Assembly: GCA_016933175.1 (NCBI GenBank)
Contig: JAFGBK010000011.1
Span: forward strand, 1,254 to 65,253
Direction of reading: 5' to 3'
DNA: 64,000 nucleotides
Source: Candidatus Krumholzibacteriota bacterium
GTDB lineage: Bacteria; Krumholzibacteriota; Krumholzibacteriia; JACNKJ01
A program made the position numbers and the translations under genes. Shown here piece after piece: positions 20,052-29,901 of the stretch. The notes beneath the pieces were generated by a model, which was not told the origin of the DNA, did no database searches, and saw only the letters and a program-made list of their open reading frames with translations. The first letter of the stretch is position 1; every line of letters starts with the position of its first letter.

Positions 20052-22469
20052 ATGGCAGCGGTGATCGAAGTCTCGCGGCTTTCCCGGGCGGACCTGGAAA
20101 GCGCCCTCGCGGAGCACTCCCTCACCCTCAAGCCCGACGAGGCCCGCCGCGTCGCCGAGCTCCTCGGCCGCGACCCCACCCTGACCGAGCTGACCCTCTT
20201 CGACACCATGTGGAGCGAGCACTGCTCCTACAAGAGCAGCCGCGCCCACCTCGCGCGGCATCTGCCCACCGAGGGGCCGGACGTGGTGCTCGGCCCCGTG
20301 GAGGACGCCGGCATCGTGCGCCTGGGCGAGGCCGACGGCCGCCGCTGGTGCCTGGTCATGAGCCACGAGAGCCACAACCACCCGAGCCAGGTCCTTCCCT
20401 TCGAGGGCGCCGCCACGGGCATCGGCGGCATCGTGCGCGACGTCTACTGCATGGGCGCCGAGGTGGTGGGGGTCCTCGACCCCCTGCGCTTCGGCGATCC
20501 CCGCGGCGAGCACGCCGACCGCAGCCGCGAGATCATGGCCGGCGTGGTGGACGGCATCTGGCACTACGCCAACGCCCTGGGCGTGCCCAACCTGGGCGGC
20601 GACCTCGTCTTCCACCCCGGCTACGACGACAACTGCCTGGTCAACGTGGTGGCGGTGGGCCTTGTCCCCGAGGAGGAGATCATCCGCAGCCGCGTGCCCG
20701 CCGAGGCGCGCGCGGAGCCCTACGACTTCATCCTCGTGGGCAAGCCGACCGACGAGAGCGGCTTCGGCGGCGCCGCCTTCGCCAGCGTCATCCTCGACGA
20801 GGAGGAGGAGAACCGCGGCGCCGTGCAGGTGCCCGACCCCTTCCTCAAGCGCGTGCTCAGCGAGGCCAACAAGGCCGTGCTGGCCCTGGCCCGCCGCGGG
20901 GGCGCCGCCATCGGCTTCAAGGACCTCGGCGCCGGCGGCATCGCCTGCGTCTCGAGCGAGCTGGCCGAGGCCGGCGGCTTCGGCATGCGCGTGGACTTGG
21001 ACCGCGTCGCCGTCAGCGACCCGGCCCTTCCCGACCGGGTCATCGCCTGCAGCGAGACCCAGGAGCGCTACGGCCTGGCCGTGCCGCGCCGCCTCACGCC
21101 GCGCGTGCTCGCCATCTACAACGAGGAGTACGACCTGCCCCACGTCTACCCCGGCGCCTGCGCGCGCGTGGCGGGGGAGGTCACCAACGACGGGCGCTAC
21201 ACCCTGACGCGGGGCGGGGCCGTCCTCTGCGACGCGCCCGTGGCGGTGGTCACCAAGGGCATCCGCTACGAGCGCGAGGCGGCGCCGGCCGCGCGCGACC
21301 TGCCCGATCCGCCGCCGGCGCTGGACCGCGACCTCGGCGCCGACCTGCTCGCGCTGCTGGCCGATCCCAATCTCTGCGACCGCCGCTACCTCTACCAGCA
21401 CTACGACGGCGAGGTGCAGGGCAACGCCTGCCTCCGCCCGGGCGAGGCGGACGCGGGCGTCCTGGCGCCCTTCGCCGGCAGCCCCCTCGGCCTGGCGGTC
21501 ACCTGCGACGGCAATCCCTGGTACGGCGCGCGCGACCCCTACCGCGGCGCCGCCCTGGCCGTCTGCGAGGCCGTGCGCAACCTGGCCTGCGTCGGCGCCT
21601 GGCCCCTGGCGCTCACCGACTGCCTCAACTACGGCAATCCCGAGAAGCCCGGACCCTTCGGCGCCTTCGCCGAGGGCGTGCGCGGCATCGGCGACGCCTG
21701 CCGCGGCATCGGCCGCCTGGCCGAGGACGACCAGGCGCCGGCGCCGCGCCATCCGATCCCCGTCATCAGCGGCAACGTCAGCTTCTACAACGAGAGCGCC
21801 AGGGGCGCCGCCATCCCGCCCAGCCCCATCGTCGCCCTGGCCGGCCGCGTGCCCGACATCAGCGTCGTGCCGGGCCTCCAGCTCAAGGCGGCCGGCGATC
21901 CCGTCTACCTGCTGGGCGCGCGGCGCGCCGAGCTGGGCGGCGGCGCCTGGCACCGCGTCTGCCGCGGCAGCGAGGGGGGCGCTGTGCCGGAGCCCGACTT
22001 CGCCCGCGTGCGCACCGAGAGCCTGGCGGTCATCCGGGCCGTGCAGGCGGGCTGGGTGCGCGCCGCCCACGACGTGGGCGAGGGCGGGCTGGCCACGGCC
22101 GCCGCCGAGATGCTGCTGGGCCGCCGCGGCGAGCCGGCCCGCGGCCTCGACCTGGACGCGACCGGCGGCGACGGCGGCGGCGGACTGCCGCCCGCGTCCC
22201 TGCTCTTCTCCGAGACGGGCGGCTTCCTGGTCGAGCTGGCGCCCGCGGCGGACGACGCCTTCGCGGAACTCTGCCGCGCGCTGGGCGTGGCTTGCCTCCG
22301 CCTGGGCGCGGTCACCGCCGCGCCCCGCCTCGTCCTGCGCGCCGGCGGCGCGGTCCTGGTGGATCTGGACGCCGGCGAGCTGGCCGCCGCCTGGCAGGGC
22401 GCCCTGCCGCGGCTCTTCCCCGCCGGCGAGGAGACGCCGGACGGCGCGCGGGAGGTGGCCGATGCCTGA
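20052..22469 (+). CDS. purL: Phosphoribosylformylglycinamidine synthase subunit PurL
   Basis: Start MAAVIEVSRL; PurL small-type domains (MWSEHCSYKSS, HNHPS, GGDLVFHPGYDDN). Confidence 0.85.
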   Translation: MAAVIEVSRLSRADLESALAEHSLTLKPDEARRVAELLGRDPTLTELTLFDTMWSEHCSYKSSRAHLARHLPTEGPDVVLGPVEDAGIVRLGEADGRRWCLVMSHESHNHPSQVLPFEGAATGIGGIVRDVYCMGAEVVGVLDPLRFGDPRGEHADRSREIMAGVVDGIWHYANALGVPNLGGDLVFHPGYDDNCLVNVVAVGLVPEEEIIRSRVPAEARAEPYDFILVGKPTDESGFGGAAFASVILDEEEENRGAVQVPDPFLKRVLSEANKAVLALARRGGAAIGFKDLGAGGIACVSSELAEAGGFGMRVDLDRVAVSDPALPDRVIACSETQERYGLAVPRRLTPRVLAIYNEEYDLPHVYPGACARVAGEVTNDGRYTLTRGGAVLCDAPVAVVTKGIRYEREAAPAARDLPDPPPALDRDLGADLLALLADPNLCDRRYLYQHYDGEVQGNACLRPGEADAGVLAPFAGSPLGLAVTCDGNPWYGARDPYRGAALAVCEAVRNLACVGAWPLALTDCLNYGNPEKPGPFGAFAEGVRGIGDACRGIGRLAEDDQAPAPRHPIPVISGNVSFYNESARGAAIPPSPIVALAGRVPDISVVPGLQLKAAGDPVYLLGARRAELGGGAWHRVCRGSEGGAVPEPDFARVRTESLAVIRAVQAGWVRAAHDVGEGGLATAAAEMLLGRRGEPARGLDLDATGGDGGGGLPPASLLFSETGGFLVELAPAADDAFAELCRALGVACLRLGAVTAAPRLVLRAGGAVLVDLDAGELAAAWQGALPRLFPAGEETPDGAREVADA

Positions 22470-23310
22470 GGCGCCGCGGCCGCGCGCGGCCGTCATCCAG
22501 TTCCCCGGCGTCAACTGCGAGTACGAGTCGGCCCGCGCCCTGGCCGCCGCCGGCGCCGAGGCGGACATCCTGCGCTGGAACGAGGACCCGGCGCGGCTGG
22601 CCGGCTACGACCTGTTCCTGCTGCCCGGCGGCTTCAGCTACCAGGACCGCGTGCGCGCGGGCGCCGTGGCCGCCAAGGAGGACATCCTCGAGGCCCTGGC
22701 GGACGAGGCCGCAGCCGGCAAGCCGGTGCTGGGCATCTGCAACGGCGCCCAGGTCCTGGTGGAGGCCGGCTTCGTGCCGGGCCTGCGCGGCGAGGATCTC
22801 GAGCTGGCCCTGGCCCCCAACCGCATGCCCGGCCGGCGCGGCTACTTCAGCGAGTGGTGCCACCTGCGCGTCGCCGATTCCACCCCCTCCTGGCTGGGGA
22901 TCCTGTCCGAGCGCGTGCTGCCGATGCCCTTCGCCCACGGCGAGGGACGCTTCACCAGCCGCCGCCCCGGCCTCTTCGAGGAGCTGGCGGCGGCGGGCCA
23001 GGTGGTGCTGCGCTACGCCGACGCCGAGGGCGCGGTCGCGGCGGGCTGGCCGGAGAATCCCAACGGCAGCGAGCTGGCGGCGGCGGGCGTCTGCAACGCC
23101 GCCGGCAACGTCCTGGCGATGATGCCCCACCCCGAGCGCGCCGCCTGGCTGGGGCAGGTGCCCGAGCTGCTGCCCGGCCCCTGGGGCTGGAAGCGGCGCC
23201 GGGCCTTCGGCGAGTGGCCCCGCCTGAAGGGGCCCGGACCGGGCCACGCCCTCTTCGCCGCCATGGTCGGGGCCGCGGCGGCGCGCCGGGAGGCCGTCGA
23301 TGCGACTTGA
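22462..23310 (+). CDS. purQ: Phosphoribosylformylglycinamidine synthase subunit PurQ (glutaminase)
   Basis: Class-I GATase: GICNGAQVLVEAG, HPER. Confidence 0.85.
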   Translation: MPEAPRPRAAVIQFPGVNCEYESARALAAAGAEADILRWNEDPARLAGYDLFLLPGGFSYQDRVRAGAVAAKEDILEALADEAAAGKPVLGICNGAQVLVEAGFVPGLRGEDLELALAPNRMPGRRGYFSEWCHLRVADSTPSWLGILSERVLPMPFAHGEGRFTSRRPGLFEELAAAGQVVLRYADAEGAVAAGWPENPNGSELAAAGVCNAAGNVLAMMPHPERAAWLGQVPELLPGPWGWKRRRAFGEWPRLKGPGPGHALFAAMVGAAAARREAVDAT

Positions 23311-23878
23311 GCTGCGCGTGGAGCTGAAGACCGTGGACCTCGTGCGCGAGACGGCCTGGCTGGCCCTCACGGAGAAGCTGGGCTGGGCAGCGGTCCTGGC
23401 GGACCTGAGGCGGGCCGTGCTCTGGCGCTTCGAGTTGTCCGACGGCGACGAGGCGACCCTGCGCGCGGCGCTCGCGGCCGAGCTGGAGCGCACCTCGGCC
23501 TTCTACAATCCCAACAAGGAGCGGCACCACCTACTCGCCGGCGGCGCCCTGCCCGAGGGCGAGCCCCTGGCCGCGGCCGACGCCCTGGAACCGCCGCCCG
23601 CGCCGGGCGCCCGTCTCTGGCGCGCGCTCGTCTGGGTCACCGACGAGGGCGGCGAGCAGGCGGCCCTGCGCCGGCGCACCGCGCGGCGGCTGCCGGGGCT
23701 GAGCGGCCTGCGGGCCGGCACCCTCTGGGAGCTGGCGCTGCGCGCCGACACCGCGACCATGGCCCGCGGCCTGGCCGCCGGCCTGGCCCTGACGCGTCGG
23801 CGCCGCCAGGGGCTCCTGCTCAATCCGCACTACCAGGAGGGCCGCCTGCTGACCCTCGCGCCCGGGGAGGAGGCCTGA
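23300..23878 (+). CDS. purS: PurS-like protein, apparently tandem-duplicated (2 x PurS fold)
   Basis: Each half has the PurS pattern (VELKTVDL... FYNPNKER; ...VWVTDEGG... LLNPHYQEGRL). Position between purQ and purF supports the call. Confidence 0.5.
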   Translation: MRLELRVELKTVDLVRETAWLALTEKLGWAAVLADLRRAVLWRFELSDGDEATLRAALAAELERTSAFYNPNKERHHLLAGGALPEGEPLAAADALEPPPAPGARLWRALVWVTDEGGEQAALRRRTARRLPGLSGLRAGTLWELALRADTATMARGLAAGLALTRRRRQGLLLNPHYQEGRLLTLAPGEEA

Positions 23879-25299
23879 TGCCGCGGCGCCTCGCGCCCGC
23901 CGGGCACGGCGACCGGCCCCGGGAGGCCTGCGGGGTCTTCGGCGTCTACGGGCACGAGGAGGCGGCGCAGACCAGCTACCTCGGACTCTACTCCCTGCAG
24001 CACCGCGGCCAGGAGTCCTGCGGCATCAGCGTGTCGGACGGCGGGCACGTCCGCAGCAAGCTGGGCATGGGCCTGGTGGGGGACGTCTTCCGGGCCGCGG
24101 ATCTGGCCGAGCTGCCCGGGCGGCTGGCCATCGGCCACAACCGCTACTCGACCACGGGGCGCGTCAGCCTCGTCAACGCCCAGCCCATCGTCGTGGACTG
24201 CCAGGTCGGACGCCTGGCCATCGCCCACAACGGGAACATCACCAATGCCGTGCAGCTGCGCGACGCCATGGAGGCGCGCGGGCACATCTTCCACTCCACC
24301 AGCGACAGCGAGATCATCCTGCACCGCGTGGCCTGCGCGGGCCGGCAGGACCTGACGGCCCGGATCATCGAGGCCGTTCAGGGCCTGGAGGGGGCCTTCT
24401 CCCTGGTCATCCTCGCCAAGGACCGCCTCTTCGCCTACCGCGATCCCCACGGCTTCCGCCCCCTCGGCATCGGGCGCCTGGGCGGCGCCTGGCTCATCAG
24501 CAGCGAGAGCTGCGCCTTCGACATCCTCGGCGGGCGCTACGAGCGCGACGTCCTTCCCGGCGAGCTGGTGGTCGTCGACGAGCGCGGCCTGCACAGCGTC
24601 ATCGCCGAGCGCCCGGGCCGCCTGGCCCACTGCATCTTCGAGTTCGTCTACTTCGCCCGGCCGGACAGCATCGTCTTCGAGGAGAACGTGGACAAGGTGC
24701 GCCGCAAGCTGGGCCGCGCCCTGGCGCGCGAGGCGCCGGCCGCCGCGGATTTCGTCATCTCCGTGCCGGACTCGAGCAACAGCGCCGCGCTCGGCTACGC
24801 CCACGAGAGCGGCCTGCCCTTCGAGTTCGGGCTCATCCGCAACCACTACGTGGGCCGCACCTTCATAAGCCCCAGACAGAGCGTCCGCGACCAGGGCGTG
24901 CTCATCAAGTTCAATCCGGTGCGGGGCGTTCTGCGCGGCAAGCGCGTGGCGGTGGTGGACGACTCCATCGTCCGGGGCTCGACCATGCGCAAGCTGGTGC
25001 GCATGCTGCGCGACGCCGGCGCGGCCGAGGTGCACCTGCGCATCAGCTCGCCGCCCATCGCCAATCCCTGCTTCTACGGCATCGACATGCCCACCCGGGA
25101 GGAGCTGATCCGCTCGCGCCATGACGTGCCTGGCATCCGCGACTACCTCGGCGTCGATTCCCTGGCCTACCTAAGCCTCGCGGGCATGCTGGCCTGCGTC
25201 AAGAGCCCGGCCCGCTTCTGCACGGCCTGCTTCAGCGGCGACTACCCCGTGCCCGTCAGCGAGGTCGCCGGGAAGTTCCGCATGGACCGGGACCTCTGA
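23878..25299 (+). CDS. purF: Amidophosphoribosyltransferase
   Basis: N-terminal CGVFGVYG nucleophile, PRT domain. Confidence 0.9.
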   Translation: MPRRLAPAGHGDRPREACGVFGVYGHEEAAQTSYLGLYSLQHRGQESCGISVSDGGHVRSKLGMGLVGDVFRAADLAELPGRLAIGHNRYSTTGRVSLVNAQPIVVDCQVGRLAIAHNGNITNAVQLRDAMEARGHIFHSTSDSEIILHRVACAGRQDLTARIIEAVQGLEGAFSLVILAKDRLFAYRDPHGFRPLGIGRLGGAWLISSESCAFDILGGRYERDVLPGELVVVDERGLHSVIAERPGRLAHCIFEFVYFARPDSIVFEENVDKVRRKLGRALAREAPAAADFVISVPDSSNSAALGYAHESGLPFEFGLIRNHYVGRTFISPRQSVRDQGVLIKFNPVRGVLRGKRVAVVDDSIVRGSTMRKLVRMLRDAGAAEVHLRISSPPIANPCFYGIDMPTREELIRSRHDVPGIRDYLGVDSLAYLSLAGMLACVKSPARFCTACFSGDYPVPVSEVAGKFRMDRDL

Positions 25300-25308
25300 G
25301 GGGCGGGC

Positions 25309-25337
25309 TTGCGGCGTTCCGGCCCGCGTGCTAATGT
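25309..25337 (+). promoter_or_regulatory. Candidate sigma70-type promoter (TTGCGG-N17-TAATGT) upstream of lipoprotein gene
   Basis: Sequence match only. Confidence 0.3.
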
Positions 25338-25387
25338 ACCGCCGTCCCCGCCGGGGATCATCCCAACCGCGAGGAGCCTTCGAGACC

Positions 25388-25792
25388 ATGACGAGACGCT
25401 GGGTAACGCTCGGACTGACCCTGCTGGCGGCTCTGGCCCTAGGCGGCTGCCTGAGGACCGTGGAGCTGAATCCGGAGACCCTCCAGCCCGAGGACGTCGA
25501 CGCGGCCACGGCCCACTACGGCAACGTCCACTTCCTGGACAAGCGGGGCATCGACTACTTTGCCCAGTCCTTCGAGGTGAGCGAGGACGGCGGGAGCTTC
25601 CTGCTCAAGATGGTGGAGGTCGTCGATGACGGAGTCCACACCAACGAGGTCGACGTCGCCCTGCCGCGCGGGTCCGTGGTGTCCATCCGCTACAGCGAGA
25701 ACAGTCCCTGGATCCTCGGAAGCCTGGTGACGGGCACGGCCCTGTTCATGGTCTACCTCTACTACAAGATCAACACCGACGTTTTCGACTGA
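25388..25792 (+). CDS. Small lipoprotein with C-terminal hydrophobic segment (hypothetical)
   Basis: MTRRWVTLGLTLLAALALGGC lipobox; no recognisable domain. Confidence 0.5.
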   Translation: MTRRWVTLGLTLLAALALGGCLRTVELNPETLQPEDVDAATAHYGNVHFLDKRGIDYFAQSFEVSEDGGSFLLKMVEVVDDGVHTNEVDVALPRGSVVSIRYSENSPWILGSLVTGTALFMVYLYYKINTDVFD

Positions 25793-26943
25793 TGCGCGTC
25801 CTGGTGCTGGGAGCCGGCCTCCAGGGCAGCGCCGCCGCCTACGACCTCGCCCGCAGCCAGGGGGTGGCGGACGTCCTGGTGGCGGACCGTGACGACTCCC
25901 TCCTGGCCGCGGCGGTCCGACTGGCGGGACCGGCCTGCCGGTCGCGCCGCGTGGACCTGGCCGCCGCCGCCGCCCTGCCGCCGCTCCTGGCCGACGCGGA
26001 CGCCTGCTTCAGCGCCCTGCCCTACTTCATGAACGAGCCCGTCGCCGCGGCCTGCGCCGGCGCCGGCGTCCACTACGTGGACCTGGGCGGCAACACGGAG
26101 ATCACCCGGCGCATCCTGGCCCTGGACGCCGAGGCCCGCGCGAGCGGCGCCAGCCTCGTGCCCGACTGCGGCCTGGCGCCCGGCCTGGCCCAGACGGTGG
26201 TCATGGCCGCGATCGAGGACTTCGCGACCGTGGACGCCGTGCGCATCCGCGTGGGCGGGCTGCCCCAGGCGCCGCGGCCGCCCCTGGACTACGCCCTCTT
26301 CTTCTCCATCCACGGCCTCATCAACGAGTACATGGGCGAGGCCGTGGTCCTGCGCGGGGGCCGGGTGGCCACCGTGCCGACGCTGACCGAGGTGGAGGCC
26401 ATCCGCTTCCCGGAGCCGGTGGGGGACTGCGAGGCCTTCACCACCCTGGGCGGCACCAGCACCCTGCCCTGGTCCCTGGCCGGGCGGGCGCGCGAGCTGG
26501 ACTACAAGACCGTCCGCTACCCGGGCCACGCGGCGAAGATCCGGCTGCTCAAGGACCTGGGCTTCCTGGATGAGACGCCCGTGGATCTCGCGGGCGCCCG
26601 CGTGAGCCCGCGCGACCTGACGGGCCGCCTGCTCGAGCGCGTCCTGGCCGAGGACGGGGTGCGCGACCTGGTGGTCTTCCGGGTGGAGGCCGAGGGCACG
26701 CTGGACGGCCGGCGCCGGCGCCGCCGCTTCGAGATGATCGACCGCTACGACGAGGCCACGGGCCTGAGCGCCATGCGCCGCGGCACGGCCTTCCCGGCCT
26801 CGGTGGTCCTGCAGATGCTGGCCCGCGGCGAGGGCGCCGGGCCCGGCGCCCACCCCCTCGAGACCGCAGTGCCGGCCCGCCCTTGCCTGGCGGCCCTGGC
26901 CGAGCGCGGGCTCGTTCTCACCGAGATCCTCGCCGACCTCTGA
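25792..26943 (+). CDS. Saccharopine dehydrogenase-family NAD(P)-binding oxidoreductase
   Basis: Rossmann MRVLVLGAGLQGSAAAYDL; Sacchrp_dh-like C-terminal region. Confidence 0.65.
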   Translation: MRVLVLGAGLQGSAAAYDLARSQGVADVLVADRDDSLLAAAVRLAGPACRSRRVDLAAAAALPPLLADADACFSALPYFMNEPVAAACAGAGVHYVDLGGNTEITRRILALDAEARASGASLVPDCGLAPGLAQTVVMAAIEDFATVDAVRIRVGGLPQAPRPPLDYALFFSIHGLINEYMGEAVVLRGGRVATVPTLTEVEAIRFPEPVGDCEAFTTLGGTSTLPWSLAGRARELDYKTVRYPGHAAKIRLLKDLGFLDETPVDLAGARVSPRDLTGRLLERVLAEDGVRDLVVFRVEAEGTLDGRRRRRRFEMIDRYDEATGLSAMRRGTAFPASVVLQMLARGEGAGPGAHPLETAVPARPCLAALAERGLVLTEILADL

Positions 26944-27574
26944 TCCCGCCCGGCGCCTCGCGGCGCGGACCGCTGACCCACGGGCTGTCCCGCTCCCAGA
27001 ACCGCCACGGCCAGCCGGCGGCCTCGCCGGCGTAGGCCACGCCCACGCGCGGGCCGGCCGCCCGCCGGCGCGCAGGCAGCCGCCGTCCGGCCTCGAGCCA
27101 GAGGCCCGGCCCGGGCAGGGCCGCGCCGTCCAGGCCGCGGTCGATGGCGAAGGCCCGGCACAGGCGGCCGGGGCCCCGCGCCCAGTCCCGCCGGGCGACG
27201 CCGGGCCGCAGGGACGCCATGAGCGCATCGCCTTCCAGGGGTTCCACGGCGCGCACTAGGACGGCCTGGGCCCGCCCCAGCGGGCCGCAGACCAGGTTGA
27301 GGCAGTGGTGCATCCCGTAGACCTGGTAGACGTAGGCGCGCCCCGGCGGCCCGAACATGACGGCGTTGCGCGGCGTCGGGCCGCGCGCGGCGTGGCTGGC
27401 CGCGTCGCCGTCGCCGGCGTAGGCCTCGGTCTCCACGATGCGGCCCGCCAGGCGGCGGCCGCGCCAGCGCCGCACGAGGACGCGGCCCAGCAGGTCGCGG
27501 GCCACGGCCAGGACGGGGCGGTCGAAGAACTCGGGGCCCAGCACGGCGGCGGGATCGGCTGCGGCCCTAGGCAC
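26918..27574 (-). CDS. mpg: DNA-3-methyladenine glycosylase (Mpg/AAG family)
   Basis: IVETEAY, ASHA, RNAVMFGPPGRAYVYQVYGMHHCLN motifs. Confidence 0.85.
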   Translation of the reverse strand: MPRAAADPAAVLGPEFFDRPVLAVARDLLGRVLVRRWRGRRLAGRIVETEAYAGDGDAASHAARGPTPRNAVMFGPPGRAYVYQVYGMHHCLNLVCGPLGRAQAVLVRAVEPLEGDALMASLRPGVARRDWARGPGRLCRAFAIDRGLDGAALPGPGLWLEAGRRLPARRRAAGPRVGVAYAGEAAGWPWRFWERDSPWVSGPRREAPGGIRGRRGSR

Positions 27575-28964
27575 CGCGCCGGCTCCGCCGCCGCCCGCGC
27601 CGGCGACGGGTCCCCTCGGCGAAGCGCAGCTCGCCCAGCTCCAGGCCGCGCGCCTCGGCGTCCAGGAGGAAGAGGTCGCGGGCCTCGGCGAAGTAGGGCT
27701 TGTTGCGGAAGAAGCCCGGGACCGGCTGGCCCTCGCGGCAGCGGGCCAGGCGGCGCTGGCTGATGCTGATGAGGAACAGGCGCTCGGTGTCGCGCCGGGC
27801 CACGCCGAGCTGGCTGGTCAGCGGCTTGAGGAAGCGGTAGGTCAGGCGGCCCACGTCGGGGCGGCTGCTGCGCCCCGCCAGGTTGGCCGCCAGGTGGTCC
27901 AGGAAGGGGAAGGTCATCAGGACGCCCAGCAGGAAGGCGGGGGAGTAGTCCGCGCCGGCCTCGATGCGGCGGTCGAGGATCTCCAGGCGGCGCCAGGGCA
28001 GGGGCGTCTCGACGTCCCGGGGCCAGTCGGGGAGGAACTCGTCCAGGCGCGGCAGCAGGGCGCCCAGCAGGCCGCTCTCCTTCATCAGCGCCAGGCTCCG
28101 GCAGGCCGCGCCGCCGCGCAGGTCGCGGTAGAACTCCTCGAGCACGCGGGCCTTGCTGCACTCGCCCAGGCGCTCGCGGTGCCGCCGGACGGCCGCCCAG
28201 GTGGCCGGCTCGATGCGGAAGTCCGCGCGGGCGGCGTGCCGCAGGACGCGCACCATGCGCACCGGGTCGGCGAGGATGCGCTGGTCGGGATCCCCGATGA
28301 GGCGGACGACGCCGGCGTCCAGGTCGGGCAGGCCCTCCACCCAGTCGATGACGCTGAAGTCGGCGATGTCGTAGAAGAGGCCGTTGATGGTCAGGTCGCG
28401 GCGCCGCGCGTCCTCGGCCGGCGTGCCGTACTGGATGTCCCGCGTGAATTCCAGCAGGTGCCGGCCCCGGTCGCCTCGGCGCGAGTGCGGACGCGGGATC
28501 GGGATCGGGATCGGGATCACCCTGCCCGCCAGCGCCGCGCCGCCGTTCTCCTCGGCCAGCAGGCTGTCGGCCTCGCTCTGGAGGCGGTCCTCCTCCTCGA
28601 CGCTGTCCTGGTCGCTGGCCGGCACGATCTCCTCTTCCTCCTCGGGATTGGTGGCGCGGAAGGTGGAGACCTCGATCGCCTTGTCGCGGCCGAAGAGCAC
28701 GTGCACGATGGGGAAGCGGCGCCCGATGATGCGGCTGTTGCGGAACAGGTCCAGCACCTGGTCCGGGGTGGCCGAGGTGCCGATGTCGTAATCCTTGGGC
28801 CGGCGGCGCAGGAGCAGGTCGCGCACGGCGCCGCCCACCAGGTAGGCGGTATGGCCGCTCCGGTGCAGTCGGTAGAGCACCTTGAGGGCCGCCGGGTCGA
28901 TGTCGCGGCGCGAGATGCAATGATCCGGGCGCGCGAGGATGCGGGGCTCGGTCGGGAAGTCCAT
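27567..28964 (-). CDS. pcnB: Poly(A) polymerase / CCA-adding-enzyme family nucleotidyltransferase with acidic low-complexity insertion
   Basis: PolyA_pol head domain (LVGGAVRDLLL, DYDI, RDLTINGLFYD); insertion EEEEEIVPASDQDSVEEED...IPIPIPIP. Confidence 0.8.
   Translation of the reverse strand: MDFPTEPRILARPDHCISRRDIDPAALKVLYRLHRSGHTAYLVGGAVRDLLLRRRPKDYDIGTSATPDQVLDLFRNSRIIGRRFPIVHVLFGRDKAIEVSTFRATNPEEEEEIVPASDQDSVEEEDRLQSEADSLLAEENGGAALAGRVIPIPIPIPRPHSRRGDRGRHLLEFTRDIQYGTPAEDARRRDLTINGLFYDIADFSVIDWVEGLPDLDAGVVRLIGDPDQRILADPVRMVRVLRHAARADFRIEPATWAAVRRHRERLGECSKARVLEEFYRDLRGGAACRSLALMKESGLLGALLPRLDEFLPDWPRDVETPLPWRRLEILDRRIEAGADYSPAFLLGVLMTFPFLDHLAANLAGRSSRPDVGRLTYRFLKPLTSQLGVARRDTERLFLISISQRRLARCREGQPVPGFFRNKPYFAEARDLFLLDAEARGLELGELRFAEGTRRRRGRRRSRRGA
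28495..28518. repeat. In-frame hexanucleotide microsatellite (GGGATC)4 inside pcnB, encoding (Ile-Pro)4
   Basis: Direct reading of 28495-28518: gggatc x4. Confidence 0.85.
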
Positions 28965-29111
28965 GACGCCTCCGGCTGGGACCGTCGGCGGGAGTGGGAT
29001 GACGCAGTGTAGCGCATCGCCCGCGGGCCACCAAGCGGAAAGCCGCCGCGGGCGCCGGCGGCGGCCAGCGCGCGGCGAGGTCGCCGGCGCGCGGCCTTGC
29101 GGCGGGGCGGG

Positions 29112-29792
29112 TCAGGGGCCGAGGAGGCGGAAGCGGGGGTCGGGCGGCGCCTCGTCGTCGGCGAAGAGCTCGCGCTGGCCCATGGCGGACTGCACCTGCC
29201 GCACCAGCAGCTCGAGGTCGGCGGGCCGGTCGACGAAGTCCAGGCCGTCGGACTCGACCACGAGGACGCGCTCGTGGCGGCGCGAGGCGATCCAGTCCTC
29301 GTAGTAGCGGTTCAGGCGCGCGAGGTAGTCGCGCGGCATGCGGGCCTCGTAGTCCCGCCCGCGCAGGTGGATGTTGCGGCAGAGGGACTCCACGCCGCGG
29401 CGCAGGTAGACCACGAGGTCCGGCGGCCTCAGCAGCGCCACCACCTGGCGATAGAGGGCCAGGTAGCTCTCCCACTCGCCCGCGCCCATCTTGCCCATCT
29501 CGTGGAGGTTGCGCGCGAAGATCAGGGCGTCCTCGTGGATGGAGCGGTCCTGGATGGCGCTCTCGCGCCGCTCCTCGATGGATCGGTGGTCGCCCAGGCG
29601 GTGGGTGAGGAAGTAGATCTGCAGGGCGAAGGCCCAGCGCGCCATGTCCCCGTAGAAGGGCTCGAGGAAGGGATTCTCGGCCACGCGCTCGTAGTAGGCC
29701 CGCCAGCCGAAGCGATCGGAGAGCAGGCCGGTGACCGTGGTCTTGCCGGCGCCGATGTTGCCTGCCAGAACCAGGTGGAAGAACTCGGACAT
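29112..29792 (-). CDS. Deoxynucleoside kinase (dAK/dGK/dCK family)
   Basis: Start MSEFFHL with GGAGGTG RBS; P-loop GNIGAGKTT; dNK family motifs. Confidence 0.8.
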   Translation of the reverse strand: MSEFFHLVLAGNIGAGKTTVTGLLSDRFGWRAYYERVAENPFLEPFYGDMARWAFALQIYFLTHRLGDHRSIEERRESAIQDRSIHEDALIFARNLHEMGKMGAGEWESYLALYRQVVALLRPPDLVVYLRRGVESLCRNIHLRGRDYEARMPRDYLARLNRYYEDWIASRRHERVLVVESDGLDFVDRPADLELLVRQVQSAMGQRELFADDEAPPDPRFRLLGP

Positions 29793-29901
29793 GGCACCTC
29801 CCGCCTCCCTTGCTAGCAGGTCCCGGGGTCGCCTGGCAAGGGGCGGCCGGCTTGTGGCCGGCCCCGCCGGTCTGCTATAACCGGCCGGCGGGAGGCAGCG
29901 C

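Noticed and set aside
23830-29816. 23830..25122 -, 25762..27228 -, 27256..29475 - (739 aa), 27438..29012 +, 29097..29816 +
   Set aside because: Antisense or alternate-frame ORFs over purF, saccharopine DH, mpg, pcnB and dNK; proline/arginine low complexity.
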